DNA of 64,000 nucleotides from Candidatus Moanibacter sp. (GTDB taxonomy: Bacteria > Verrucomicrobiota > Verrucomicrobiia > Opitutales > UBA2987), in assembly GCA_965215885.1 (NCBI GenBank), contig CBDCEW010000104.1, positions 224,001 to 288,000 on the forward strand, read 5' to 3'. Position 1 is the first letter of the stretch. Every line of letters begins with the position of its first letter. The notes under the pieces are model-generated. The model searched no databases. It had not been told where the DNA came from and saw nothing but the letters and a program-made list of their open reading frames with translations. Made by a program: the position numbers and the translations under genes. Below, piece by piece: positions 43,136 to 53,488 of this stretch.

Positions 43136-45715
43136 CTACCCGAGGACGTTTTTCTCCTTAAGGGGAAGGGAGTTCCTTGGTTTTTTGTCGAATTGGTAGA
43201 GGGCGTTGGCCACTGCTCCAGCGGTGGGAACGAGTCCGATTTCGCCCACGCCTTTGGCGCCGTAAGGGCCGTGTGGATCAGGACATTCGACTCCAATCAC
43301 TTCGACTTTCGGCATATACCTCGGTTTGAGGACACCGCAGTCGACGAATCGTTTTGATTTGAGATAGCCATTCTCCATAGGGAGATCCTCGGTCAAGGCA
43401 TAACCCAGTCCCATGTGGATGGCGCCTTCGATCTGCCCTTCGAAGAGGTTTGGGTTCATGACTCTTCCGGCATCGTGGGCGGCATAGACGGTGTCGATTT
43501 TGCCCTTTTCGTCGAGGGTTACGAGTTGGGTGGCATAACCGTATGAATAGTGAGTAATCTCTTCTCCCTTTTCATTGGGATGCCCCGATTTGGTGGTCCA
43601 ATCACAAACCCATTTACCCCGATAGGATTTTCCAGCGAGATCGCCGAGCGAATGAGTCGCGAGGTCCTCGTTGAGTTCCTTACAGGCATCGATCACAGAA
43701 TTGCCGATAAGCGAGGTGGCCCGTGAGGCGGTGGTCATTCCACATACGGTATTTGCGCTCGTATCGACTACGACATCGACAATTTCCGGATCGAGGCCGG
43801 TCTCCTCGCAGAAAGTCTGAATGGCCATATTGTGGGCGCCCTGCCCCATTTCCGTCCATCCGTGATAGATCACGACGCTATCTTCGGAGACGATATCGAT
43901 ACGACACTCGCCTGTATCCGGCATGCCGTTGCCGATGCCGGTGTTTTTAATGCCGCATGCGATCCCGGCATATTTCGCTTCGTAGAAATGATCCTTCACC
44001 GCCAGGAGTGTCTCTTGTAGACCGCAGCCGCCCTCGATTTTTTGACCGGTGGTGGTATAAGTTCCGTCGCGGATGACGTTGTCGTAGCGGACCTGCCAGC
44101 GATCAAAGCCTCCTTGCTCGCACAGATCTTCGACGCACCGTTCCATCGCAAAAGCCACCTGATTGACTCCAAAGCCACGAAAAGCGCCGCAGGGAATATT
44201 GTTCGTATAGACTGCCTTACTCTTTATAGAAACGTTCGGCACGCTGTATGCGCCGGTGGCGTGACCCAGACCACGCTCGGCTACTTTCATTCCAACCGAA
44301 GCGTAGGCTCCCGTATCGAGGACAAGATCGGCTTTCAGACCCGTTAGTTTGCCGTCCTTATCGCAGCCGACTTCGTAGTCCATTATGAAAGGATGACGCT
44401 TCGGGTGCATTATGAGCGATTCCTCCCGATTCAAGGTCAGTTTGACCGGAACCTTCAAATGGTAGGCAAAGAGAGCAACATGACCTTGAATGAGCATGTC
44501 CTCCTTACCACCGAAGGCGCCGCCGCATTGTACCTGTACGACATGTATATCTTCCTGAGGCATGGCGAGGAGGCTGGCCAGTTGGGCACGATCGTCGAAA
44601 ACGCCCTGAGTCTGTGAGTATACACGGAGACCGGTGAATCCGTTACTTCCGAAGGGTTCGACGAGGCAAGACTCGGGTTCCATGAAAGCGTGTTCGACAC
44701 GCTGGGTGGTATAGCGCCCCTTTGTCGTGTAGGCTGACTCCGCCAATGCCTTATCCACATCTCCCCGACTGATGCTGTTTTGAAACAGTATGTTTCCGGT
44801 GGGATGAATCCTTGCGGCCTCCTCTTCGAGGGCTTCGAAAACATCCGTAACCGGTTCCTTTATTTCGTATTCGATCTCGATTAGATCGACCGCTTTACGC
44901 GCTGTTGCTTCAGAAACCGCCACAACACCTGCCAGGACATCACCAATATATCGGGCTTCCTCACCCTCCGCGATCATTATAGGCCAGTCCTGGACGATGA
45001 GGCCGATATTGCGTTCTCCGGGAACATCTCCAGCAGTGAAAATGTGCACGACACCATCAAGATTTTCTGCTTCCTCGGTATTGATTGAGAGCACCTTTGC
45101 CCTTGGATAATCGCTCAATTTGAGGGCAGCGAAGAGCAGCCCGGGCATCTTCATATCGTCGACATAGGGCCGAAATCCCAATGAGGCGGTACCGCATTCG
45201 TATTTGCGGAATCGTTTGCCGACTCTACCGGTAGTGTCTTCCCGGGGAACTGTTTTGTTTTCTCTAATAGCTTGAGCCGCCTCCAGAATGGAATCGACAA
45301 TCTTTACGTAGCCGGTGCATCGGCAGAGATTCATGTTGAGCGCCTTCACGACCTCCTCTCGTGTAGGATCGGGGTTCTTATCCAACAATACTTTGGCCTG
45401 CATGACGAATCCAGGGATGCAAAAACCGCATTGAATTCCTCCTTTTTCGACAAAAGCGTCGGCAAAGGCCTCTTGTAGTCGTTGGTCCAGACCGTCCACT
45501 GTAGTAACGCTTTTTCCTTCCATACGACTCATCTTAGTAACGCATGAGAGAATACCCTTACTGTCTACCTGCACCGCACAGCAGCCACAAGCGGCCTCAT
45601 CGTTGCATCCCTTCTTCGCCGTGATAATTCCTTCGTGTTCCCTGAGGTAATCCAGGAGAGTACCTTCGGGATCACCCTGGAAATCTCTCTGCTCGCCGTT
45701 TAGTATGAAATCCAT
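43136..45715 (-). CDS. xdh: Xanthine dehydrogenase-family molybdoenzyme with fused 2x[2Fe-2S] and Mo domains (selenium-dependent XDH type)
   Basis: KKGC..AACGCC, QCGFCIPG, NLCRCTGY, GGAFGGK, AFRGFG, EMGQG, KGVGE. Confidence 0.85.
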   Translation of the reverse strand: MDFILNGEQRDFQGDPEGTLLDYLREHEGIITAKKGCNDEAACGCCAVQVDSKGILSCVTKMSRMEGKSVTTVDGLDQRLQEAFADAFVEKGGIQCGFCIPGFVMQAKVLLDKNPDPTREEVVKALNMNLCRCTGYVKIVDSILEAAQAIRENKTVPREDTTGRVGKRFRKYECGTASLGFRPYVDDMKMPGLLFAALKLSDYPRAKVLSINTEEAENLDGVVHIFTAGDVPGERNIGLIVQDWPIMIAEGEEARYIGDVLAGVVAVSEATARKAVDLIEIEYEIKEPVTDVFEALEEEAARIHPTGNILFQNSISRGDVDKALAESAYTTKGRYTTQRVEHAFMEPESCLVEPFGSNGFTGLRVYSQTQGVFDDRAQLASLLAMPQEDIHVVQVQCGGAFGGKEDMLIQGHVALFAYHLKVPVKLTLNREESLIMHPKRHPFIMDYEVGCDKDGKLTGLKADLVLDTGAYASVGMKVAERGLGHATGAYSVPNVSIKSKAVYTNNIPCGAFRGFGVNQVAFAMERCVEDLCEQGGFDRWQVRYDNVIRDGTYTTTGQKIEGGCGLQETLLAVKDHFYEAKYAGIACGIKNTGIGNGMPDTGECRIDIVSEDSVVIYHGWTEMGQGAHNMAIQTFCEETGLDPEIVDVVVDTSANTVCGMTTASRATSLIGNSVIDACKELNEDLATHSLGDLAGKSYRGKWVCDWTTKSGHPNEKGEEITHYSYGYATQLVTLDEKGKIDTVYAAHDAGRVMNPNLFEGQIEGAIHMGLGYALTEDLPMENGYLKSKRFVDCGVLKPRYMPKVEVIGVECPDPHGPYGAKGVGEIGLVPTAGAVANALYQFDKKPRNSLPLKEKNVLG

Positions 45716-45757
45716 GCCTTCGCGTTTCTCTTAATTTGAACTTCAGTTTAGTAGTAG

Positions 45758-45786
45758 ATTATATTCTGGTAGTCGAATAAAGTAAA
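45758..45786 (-). promoter_or_regulatory. Putative sigma70 promoter for xdh
   Basis: TTTACT-17 nt-TATAAT, 42 nt upstream of the ATG. Confidence 0.55.
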
Positions 45787-45817
45787 CCGCTCAACTGCTT
45801 TCAAAAGATGCTCGGCC

Positions 45818-45978
45818 GGCCTTATTCGTTAAAGGCCACCTCTCATCAACGGCCTTGACTCAGTGGACAATTCAATGCGGAAACGCCGCCTGTCCACTCC
45901 TTACTGGCTAGATGATCGGAGGGCTAAGCTCCAAATTCGATCAGTCTAATGCCACTGGATGGCTTCATTCTATTCGAA
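45818..45978 (-). ncRNA. Candidate structured RNA / riboswitch-like leader (unassigned)
   Basis: Closing stem plus three internal hairpins; upstream TTGACC-18 nt-CATACT at 46014-45985. Confidence 0.4.
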
Positions 45979-46221
45979 GAAGGTAGTATGAGCACGATGT
46001 GCTGTAAAGGTCAAATTGCGCAGCGATTTGACATCAGCATCGAGAGAACGAAGAGCCTCGGGCTACCAGCCATCTTGACTTCGTCTTGAATTGCGTAAAA
46101 CATATCGATTCTGATGGTTTCTCGGAAAAAACCGAACGTTATAATCCCGCCTTGCGGAACAAGAAAGTGGCCGCCAACCAAGTGAGGCTTACTTTTTCAG
46201 CAGAATCGAAGGAAGGAGAAT

Positions 46222-47352
46222 ATGATTTCACGCGAGGCAGCTCTAGGATTTAAAGACGCAAGCGGTGACGAATTTGACGATTTCCTGGCGAAGGCATCGG
46301 AGGTTCGCGATAGACACTGGGGCAAGACGCTAACGTATTCGAGGAAAGTCTTTATTCCCCTTACCAACATGTGCCGGGACGACTGCGGATATTGCGTGTT
46401 CGTGAAGAGACCAAGAACGAGGGAAGCGCGCTATATGACTCCCGATGAAGTTCTGCGGGTGACGGAGGAGGGAAAGAGATTGGGTTGCAAGGAAGCGCTC
46501 TTCAGCCTGGGGGAGAGACCGGAGACGCGCTATCAAGAGGCGCGAGACGCGCTCCACCGGTTAGGATATTCCCAAACGATCGATTATCTGCGAGATATGT
46601 GTGAGAGTGTCGCAAGAAATACCGGCCTGATCCCTCACGCCAATCCGGGGACTCTGTCTGAGGAGGAAATTCGGAAGCTGAAGCCGGTCACGGGAAGTAT
46701 GGGAATAATGCTGGAGAGTATCAGTGAGCGTCTATTGCAAAGGGGTGAAGCGCATTATCGCTGCCCTGACAAAGTCCCCGGAAAAAGACTGGAAACTCTC
46801 GCAATTGCGGGAAGGCACGATGTCCCCTTTACTACCGGGATCCTCATCGGAATCGGAGAGACCTGGGAGGAGCGCCTCGATGCACTATTCGCCATCGATC
46901 GCATTCATCGGGAGTACGGCCATATTCAGGAGGTAATCGTACAGAATTTCCGCGCCAAACAGGGAATCGCTATGGTCGATCATCCCGAACCAACACATAT
47001 TGATATGATGCGGACGATTGCCGTTACCCGTTTAGTGATTGATCCTTCCATCAGTGTGCAGGCGCCGCCGAATTTGCAGGATCGCTATGCCGAATATATC
47101 GGGGCTGGTTTGAATGACTGGGGAGGGATATCCCCCCTCACAATCGATCATATTAATCCCGAACGCGCCTGGCCACAGATCTGTAAACTTCGTCAGCGGT
47201 GCCTCATGCAAGGGTATGATTTGCAGGAACGTCTCGCCGTCTACCCGAAATTTCTAAAGGACCCGGAGCGGTATCTCGATAGAGGTATGAGAGAGCCGCT
47301 CTTAAGTGTGGCAGGGAATAACGGAATGGCTAAGGTGCAGAGTCTGTCATGA
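46222..47352 (+). CDS. cofG: FO synthase subunit CofG (radical SAM)
   Basis: TYSRKVFIPLTNMCRDDCGYC, PHANPG, QAPPNL, NDWGGISP. Confidence 0.93.
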   Translation: MISREAALGFKDASGDEFDDFLAKASEVRDRHWGKTLTYSRKVFIPLTNMCRDDCGYCVFVKRPRTREARYMTPDEVLRVTEEGKRLGCKEALFSLGERPETRYQEARDALHRLGYSQTIDYLRDMCESVARNTGLIPHANPGTLSEEEIRKLKPVTGSMGIMLESISERLLQRGEAHYRCPDKVPGKRLETLAIAGRHDVPFTTGILIGIGETWEERLDALFAIDRIHREYGHIQEVIVQNFRAKQGIAMVDHPEPTHIDMMRTIAVTRLVIDPSISVQAPPNLQDRYAEYIGAGLNDWGGISPLTIDHINPERAWPQICKLRQRCLMQGYDLQERLAVYPKFLKDPERYLDRGMREPLLSVAGNNGMAKVQSLS

Positions 47353-48605
47353 GAGAGGAGTATTCTGAGAGTCGGGGGACTTCCGGTCCCGGTCAGACGA
47401 TGGAAGAACTTTTCGCGTCGATTGGTTCGGATGTGCGAAGTATTCTTGAGAAGGCGCTGTGTGGTGGAGAAATCAGTGTGGATGAGGGCATAGCGCTGTT
47501 TGATACGCGAGGCAGGGAACTAGAGGCGTTGCTGGTTGCGGCCGACAGGATGAGGAAGCGGAAGGTAGGAGATTTCGTATCCTTCGTCATTGTTCGAAAC
47601 ATAAATTTCACAAACGTTTGCTACACGGGTTGCCGGTTCTGTGCGTTCGCCAAGAGGAAAGACGATCCGGAGGCTGAGTTTCTCTCTTTTGCAGAGATTA
47701 AAAGAAGGACCCAGGAAGCGTGGGATCGCGGCGCCACGGAGGTATGTGTCCAGGGTGGCCTCCATCCTAATATTAAAGGCGACCATTACCGGAAGATAGT
47801 AGAAGCTATAAAGGATCAGGTGCCGGATATGCATGTGCACGCCTTTTCGCCCTTTGAGATTCAATATGGATCCAGGCTATTGGGAGTGACCCCACGGGAA
47901 TTCCTGCTGGATCTGAAAGAAGCCGGCTTAGACACGATACCGGGGACGGCAGCGGAGATCCTCGATGTGGAAATTCGAACCAGGCTGACGCGCAATAAGC
48001 TCTCTACGGCAGATTGGGTAACGATTATCAAGACCGCGCATAATTTGGGAATTCGTTCGACTGCCACGATCATGTACGGACATATCGACGAACCGAAACA
48101 TTGGGCTGCACATATCGCACTGATTCGGGATATCCAAAAAGAGACAGGAGGATTTACTGAGTTTGTTCCCCTCGGCTTCGTCCATTATGATGCGCCCATT
48201 TTTCTGGATGGAGAGGCACGAACGGGGCCGACGAGTGGCGAGAATTTACGAATGCACGCGGTGGCGCGGCTGATGCTAAACGGATGGATCGATAACATTC
48301 AGGTGTCGTGGGTTAAGATGGGCCCAAACGCAGCGCAGAGATTGCTACATTGTGGCGTCAACGACCTTGGCGGAACTCTCATGAACGAGAGTATTTCGCG
48401 GGCAGCCGGAGCAAGGTATGGACAGGAAGTGACTCCTTTGGAGATGACTCGGATAATTCGGGGAGCGGAGAGAATTCCAGTGCAACGAAACACACACTAC
48501 AAAATCGTTCGCGTCTTTGATTCAGAGGATCCTCCTGAGTACGAAACTCTTGTTGAGCGCGAATGCTATAATTGGAGTCAGGAGAGTTTGATGCGTGATG
48601 CGTGA
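47349..48605 (+). CDS. cofH: FO synthase subunit CofH (radical SAM)
   Basis: RNINFTNVCYTGCRFC, PGTAAEIL, NIQVSWVK, NDLGGTLMNESISRAAG. Confidence 0.93.
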   Translation: MREEYSESRGTSGPGQTMEELFASIGSDVRSILEKALCGGEISVDEGIALFDTRGRELEALLVAADRMRKRKVGDFVSFVIVRNINFTNVCYTGCRFCAFAKRKDDPEAEFLSFAEIKRRTQEAWDRGATEVCVQGGLHPNIKGDHYRKIVEAIKDQVPDMHVHAFSPFEIQYGSRLLGVTPREFLLDLKEAGLDTIPGTAAEILDVEIRTRLTRNKLSTADWVTIIKTAHNLGIRSTATIMYGHIDEPKHWAAHIALIRDIQKETGGFTEFVPLGFVHYDAPIFLDGEARTGPTSGENLRMHAVARLMLNGWIDNIQVSWVKMGPNAAQRLLHCGVNDLGGTLMNESISRAAGARYGQEVTPLEMTRIIRGAERIPVQRNTHYKIVRVFDSEDPPEYETLVERECYNWSQESLMRDA

Positions 48606-48779
48606 TGCCCTTCGACATGCTCAGGGTCTACGCTACGCTTCGACGGGATGCGGGATGTGGTGGCGATAGGAAGACTTTGAGCATCGCCTGCCAAGCCGTG
48701 GTCCCGCTTGGCGGGATTACCAACACTACGAATTTGAGTACTAAGTTACGAAGAAGACAGAATTAAGGAATTAAGAATT

Positions 48780-49790
48780 ATGGAATCAGATAAGAGGAGA
48801 ATGGCGTTGTATCTGCAGGATATGCACTCGCTGCAGGATGGAATTCGATATTGCCAGTACGCCGAGAAGAAAGGGTTTGAAGCCGTTTGGCAGGCCGAGT
48901 CGCGCCTCGTTCGTGATGCTATTGTGCCGATGGCTGCGTTTGCCGCTACGACGAGCAAGTTGAAGATCGGATCAGGTGTGATAAATAACTGGACCCGCAA
49001 CATTGGTTTGCTCGCCTCTACATTCCTGACTTTGGATGATCTGGCGCCGAATCGGGTGATGTGCGGGATTGGCGCGTGGTGGGATCCTCTTGCGGCGAAT
49101 GTCGGGATAAGGAGGCACAAGATGCTGAGGGCAATGCGGGAGACCATCGAGGTAATGCGGAAACTCCTGAATATGGAGACGGTTACTTATGATGGTGAGT
49201 TTCACAATGTAAAAGGGATTAAGCTGGATGTTGTGCACGGAAACACCGATCCGAGAAACGTCCCTTTGATGATCGGCGCTACGGGTCCGAAAATGCTGGA
49301 ATTGGCGGGAAAAATTGCCGACGGGGTGGTCTTGAACTATTGTGTCTCACCGGACTATAACGATCGTGCCCTGGAGTTGATCGAAAAGGGAGCTAAAGCC
49401 GCCGGGCGAACACTCGACGAAATCGACCGGCCACAACTCGTGGTCTGTTCAGTTGACAACGACGAAGATAAGGCCCGTTACGCCGCGAAATGGCTCCTTA
49501 CTCAGTACCTGGCGCAGCAGCCGCATATTGCCGAGGCGAGCAAAACCCCGGTAGATATTGTCGAAAAGATACAATCCATTCTCGGCTGGCCTGCTACAAA
49601 AGAGCAGGTGGAGAAGGCGATGGTGTTTGTTCCGGACGATCTGGTCGACCGCATCACCGCGAGTGGGACTCCGGATCAGGCGCGGGCCAAAGTCAAAGAG
49701 TATATCGACCATGGATGCACCTGTCCGATCTTATACCCGATGGCTGACGATGTACATGCCATGATCGATGCTTTTGCGGTGGAGGACTAA
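48780..49790 (+). CDS. LLM-class (Mer-like) oxidoreductase, probably F420-dependent
   Basis: [31 protein letters not shown]; embedded in the cof cluster. Confidence 0.85.
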   Translation: MESDKRRMALYLQDMHSLQDGIRYCQYAEKKGFEAVWQAESRLVRDAIVPMAAFAATTSKLKIGSGVINNWTRNIGLLASTFLTLDDLAPNRVMCGIGAWWDPLAANVGIRRHKMLRAMRETIEVMRKLLNMETVTYDGEFHNVKGIKLDVVHGNTDPRNVPLMIGATGPKMLELAGKIADGVVLNYCVSPDYNDRALELIEKGAKAAGRTLDEIDRPQLVVCSVDNDEDKARYAAKWLLTQYLAQQPHIAEASKTPVDIVEKIQSILGWPATKEQVEKAMVFVPDDLVDRITASGTPDQARAKVKEYIDHGCTCPILYPMADDVHAMIDAFAVED

Positions 49791-49924
49791 GGAATCTGTC
49801 GGATTCAGCACCGTCGGAATCTCAACCTGTCACGTAGAAATCCGCGTAATAGGGATAATTAGAAAGCTAAGTCCGATCGATTCCTAGAGTCTAATTGCAG
49901 GTTCTCAGATTCTACGGACGGATT

Positions 49925-50857
49925 ATGAGAGTTACAGTACTGGCCGGTGGAGTGGGAGGGGCGAAACTGGTCACCGGTCTGGCGGGGTTGCTCGATCCTG
50001 AAGACCTAACCGTCATCGGTAATGTCGGTGACGATGTCGAACTGCACGGTCTGTGGATCTCTCCCGACATGGACATCCTAACCTATTCGCTGGCCGGGGT
50101 GGTTGACCGAAAGAAGGGTTGGGGATTCGCCGACGAGACGTTCAACACGCTGGATGCAATGCAGCTTTTGGGTGAAGAAACCTGGTTTCTATTAGGAGAC
50201 AAGGATCTCGCTACGCACATATTCAGAACGCGCCTGAGAAGGGAAGGAATTCGCCCAACCGAGATTGCATTGCGAATTTCCGAAAGGTTAGGCGTAACCG
50301 TGCGCGTGATTCCTCCCACCGACGACTCTGTGCGCACGATTATTTTGACGGCTTCCGGGTGGCTGAATTTCCAGGAGTATTTTGTTCGTGAGCAGTGCGT
50401 TCCGGAAATTGAGTCGGTTGCGTATGAGGGAGCGGAAGAGGCGCGTCCAACATCCGAAACTCTCGCAGCGATCGAAAATGGTGAACTCATAATCATCGCT
50501 CCAAGCAATCCGGTGGCCAGTATCGGGCCGATTCTGGCCATACCGGGAGTTAAGAAAGCCATTAGGCAGTCACCTGCTCGTAAAGTATCCGTATCGCCGA
50601 TTGTGGGTGGACGCTCTTTGAAGGGGCCTGCCGACAGAATGCTGCAATATTCCGGCCTCGATGTGAGCCCGTTGGGAATAGCGAGGTATTATGATGGGCT
50701 CATTGACACAATCGTAATTGATTGTGTCGATACAGGGATGGAGGAGGCACTGAAAGCAAATGGTTTGCGTGTATTGACTACATCGACGATCGTGAATACA
50801 GAGTCAGAAAAACTGAGATTGGCAGAGTCGCTTCTCAACTTTTGTGGTGAATCCTGA
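49925..50857 (+). CDS. cofD: 2-phospho-L-lactate/PEP transferase CofD (FbiA)
   Basis: LAGGVGGAK, NVGDD, ISPDMD, LGDKDLATH, FQEYFV, PSNPVASIGPIL. Confidence 0.95.
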   Translation: MRVTVLAGGVGGAKLVTGLAGLLDPEDLTVIGNVGDDVELHGLWISPDMDILTYSLAGVVDRKKGWGFADETFNTLDAMQLLGEETWFLLGDKDLATHIFRTRLRREGIRPTEIALRISERLGVTVRVIPPTDDSVRTIILTASGWLNFQEYFVREQCVPEIESVAYEGAEEARPTSETLAAIENGELIIIAPSNPVASIGPILAIPGVKKAIRQSPARKVSVSPIVGGRSLKGPADRMLQYSGLDVSPLGIARYYDGLIDTIVIDCVDTGMEEALKANGLRVLTTSTIVNTESEKLRLAESLLNFCGES

Positions 50858-50858
50858 A

Positions 50859-51512
50859 ATGCCTGATCTCAACATTGTGGTGCCGATCAAGGCCCCCGGA
50901 AAAGCCAAGGAGCGGCTTGGTAACCTCCTTACGCGGCAGGAGCGGCGGAAACTCTCTCTCGCCCTGGCTGAGGAAGTCGTTGAGATCGTGACTGAACTAT
51001 CTCGAGACCCTCACGTTCTCGTTGTGACTGATTCTGAATATGTAGGGAGCCTCATAAAGGGAAAAAAAGCTACTGTTTTGTTGGAAGAAGAGGCGCTCGG
51101 TGAGACGCGCGCGATAGAGAGGGCAACTGAGTGGTCGATTGAGAATAAATTCAGGTCCCAGCTGGTCATACCGGGAGATTTGGCCGAATTAAACTCGAGA
51201 GAGCTGGAATTGTTGCTGAAGGAACCCAGACCATACCCTTCCCTGATATTGTGCCCGGCCACGGGAGACGACGGGACTAACGCCGTTCTTTCTACTCCCC
51301 CCGATGTGGTGAGGCATCGTTTTGGATCGAAATCTTTCGATGAGTTTAAAAAAAAGGCGTCGGAGAAAGATATACTTTGTAGGGTTTTGCGGATCGAGAG
51401 TCTTGTTCTGGATCTGGATACAGGCGATGACCTCGCCACGTTTCTGAAGAGGGGGCGAGAGAATCGCGTTAGCCGGCTACTGGAGAGTTGGGGCATTGAA
51501 GAGAGATTCTAG
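50859..51512 (+). CDS. cofC: Guanylyltransferase CofC (FbiD)
   Basis: VPIK...AKERL, PGDL, DGTNA, FG..SF, DLDTGDDL. Confidence 0.9.
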   Translation: MPDLNIVVPIKAPGKAKERLGNLLTRQERRKLSLALAEEVVEIVTELSRDPHVLVVTDSEYVGSLIKGKKATVLLEEEALGETRAIERATEWSIENKFRSQLVIPGDLAELNSRELELLLKEPRPYPSLILCPATGDDGTNAVLSTPPDVVRHRFGSKSFDEFKKKASEKDILCRVLRIESLVLDLDTGDDLATFLKRGRENRVSRLLESWGIEERF

Positions 51513-52296
51513 AGCAGAGGAATATCCGCAGTGTCTCGAGATGCTGGGGATCTCCGGCATCCCGGATATCAAGGAGGATGACAGTCTACCGGAAATCCTG
51601 TTAGGTGCGATGCAAAGAAGCGGAATCCAGCTAGAGGATGGCGACGTGCTCGTTATGGCTCACAAGATTGTCTCGAAAGCGGAGGGGAGAGTATCCTTTC
51701 TGAGGGATGTGGAACCCTCCTACAGGGCCCGCCAATTGGGGAAAGAATTAAACAAAGACCCGAGGAAAGTGGAAGTGATTCTGCGTGAGAGTAATCGCGT
51801 TGTGCGCGCTCACCGGCACGAGGGAAAGTCTGATGGGGTACTGATCTGTGAGCATCGGTTGGGATTTATCTCAGCCAATGCAGGAGTCGATGAATCTAAT
51901 CTGTCTGCACCGGATTCTGTTCTATTGCTACCCGAAGATCCTGACAGGAGTGCCCAACAGATAAGGGATGCGATAAGGAAAAGAACGGGCAGGGATATCG
52001 GGGTGGTCATTACTGATTCTTTCGGAAGGCCCTGGCGGATGGGAATTATCAATGTCGCTATCGGATTGGCCGGTGTTCCGGCTCTGCATGATATGCGTGG
52101 TCAGGTGGACTCTTCGGGTCGGAGATTGAGCGCGACGACATTGGCTGTGGCGGATGAACTCGCTGCCGCATCGGGACTCATAATGAGAAAGACCGCGCGA
52201 ACACCGTGTGTCCTGATTAAAGGCTTGCCGTGGAGCCTGACCGAGAGTTCTGCTAGGGAATTGATTAGAGCAAGAAAAGAGGATCTGTTTTCATGA
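51496..52296 (+). CDS. cofE: F420-0:L-glutamate ligase CofE (no fused nitroreductase)
   Basis: [41 protein letters not shown]. Confidence 0.93.
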   Translation: MKRDSRAEEYPQCLEMLGISGIPDIKEDDSLPEILLGAMQRSGIQLEDGDVLVMAHKIVSKAEGRVSFLRDVEPSYRARQLGKELNKDPRKVEVILRESNRVVRAHRHEGKSDGVLICEHRLGFISANAGVDESNLSAPDSVLLLPEDPDRSAQQIRDAIRKRTGRDIGVVITDSFGRPWRMGIINVAIGLAGVPALHDMRGQVDSSGRRLSATTLAVADELAAASGLIMRKTARTPCVLIKGLPWSLTESSARELIRARKEDLFS

Positions 52297-52988
52297 AAGT
52301 CGCGATTGTTGGGGGAACGGGACCGCAGGGTCGGGGACTTGCCCTTCGCTGGGCCAGGGCCGGTATCGATGTTCTGGTCGGATCGCGCAATGCGGAACGC
52401 GGCAGCCGGATTGGAGAGGAATTGAGGGCGCGGGTGGAGACCGGATTGGGTTCTGTTTCAGGTATGTTGAATGAGGAAGCTGTTAGAGCTGCTGATAAGT
52501 TTGTCGTAATCTCTGTTCCTTATGCAGCCCACAGGGCAACCCTTGAATCGATAAAAAGCTATCTCTCGGGGAAGATTCTTGTCGACGTGGTTGTACCGTT
52601 AGCAGAGGGCAATCCGAAGAAGGTGGTGATGCCCATGGAGGGGTCGTCGACCGAAGAAGCGCAGGCCATACTGGGTGATGAAGTGCCCGTAGTGGGAGCT
52701 CTCCATAACGTCTCCGCATACGTTCTCGGGCGATTGGATCTCCCCATCAATTGCGATGTTCTTGTGTGTGGGAATGACAAATCGGCTAAGGATGGTGTAA
52801 TCGAGCTTGTAGAGAAACTGGGAGTCACAGCTTATAATGCCGGCTTGGCGGAAAGCGCCCGGGCGGTTGAAACCCTCACAGCGATCCTCATCCGTTTGAA
52901 CATCTCAAGAGCCTATTCCTTTAAACACGCAGGGATCAGGATCTGGCCGGAGAGGAATTTGTCGGACCTTAACCCGGAAATGTTCTGA
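52293..52988 (+). CDS. npdG: NADPH-dependent F420 reductase (Fno)
   Basis: [28 protein letters not shown]. Confidence 0.92.
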   Translation: MKVAIVGGTGPQGRGLALRWARAGIDVLVGSRNAERGSRIGEELRARVETGLGSVSGMLNEEAVRAADKFVVISVPYAAHRATLESIKSYLSGKILVDVVVPLAEGNPKKVVMPMEGSSTEEAQAILGDEVPVVGALHNVSAYVLGRLDLPINCDVLVCGNDKSAKDGVIELVEKLGVTAYNAGLAESARAVETLTAILIRLNISRAYSFKHAGIRIWPERNLSDLNPEMF

Positions 52989-53322
52989 GATTTCCGGGTT
53001 TGGAGCCTGTTGGACTTTGGCGACTGGGCAGGTTTACTCCGTTTCCAGTGTAAAACAAGCCTTGCGCTCTTATTTTACATTTAACAAAAATGTAAAATAA
53101 AACCTAGGCTCTACTCTTCCCTGCGAGTACGTGTTTAGCGCTATTTGACGCTGCCCAGGCACAAGGACCGGGGCAGCCAGCAATCGAAGGTATGACGCTG
53201 AACAGGTACCACGGCTTGCCGGGATTAGGAAGATGTCTGTGGTCGAATCCCGCCGCAATGCACAGAAACACTCGGAGAGCGGAACGTTTCCAAGAATCTC
53301 GAAAGCTAAGTCCGACAGATTT

Positions 53323-53488
53323 CTAGCACGGACATTTCACAAACCATCTGCTGCGATCCCGGCAAGCCGGAACGACCTCAGAGGGTCAAAACACGCTTGT
53401 CGCCCGCCGGACTGCGTAAAGGCTTTGATACGCAGTCCCAGCAGGCCGTGACAGTCTCGCTACGAAGTGTGTGAAATGTCCGGGCTAG
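53323..53488. mobile_element. MITE family A, copy 2 (inverted relative to 438-619)
   Basis: CTAGCACGGACATTTCAC...GTGAAATGTCCGGGCTAG; shorter relatives at 58552-58569 and 59173-59233. Confidence 0.8.

Noticed and set aside
43136..45715. Selenocysteine recoding in xdh
   Set aside because: No in-frame TGA; Se-dependent XDHs use a labile Se cofactor, and the accessory genes are not in this window
48590..48780. ncRNA between cofH and the LLM gene
   Set aside because: Explained by heptamer repeats and short REP-like hairpins
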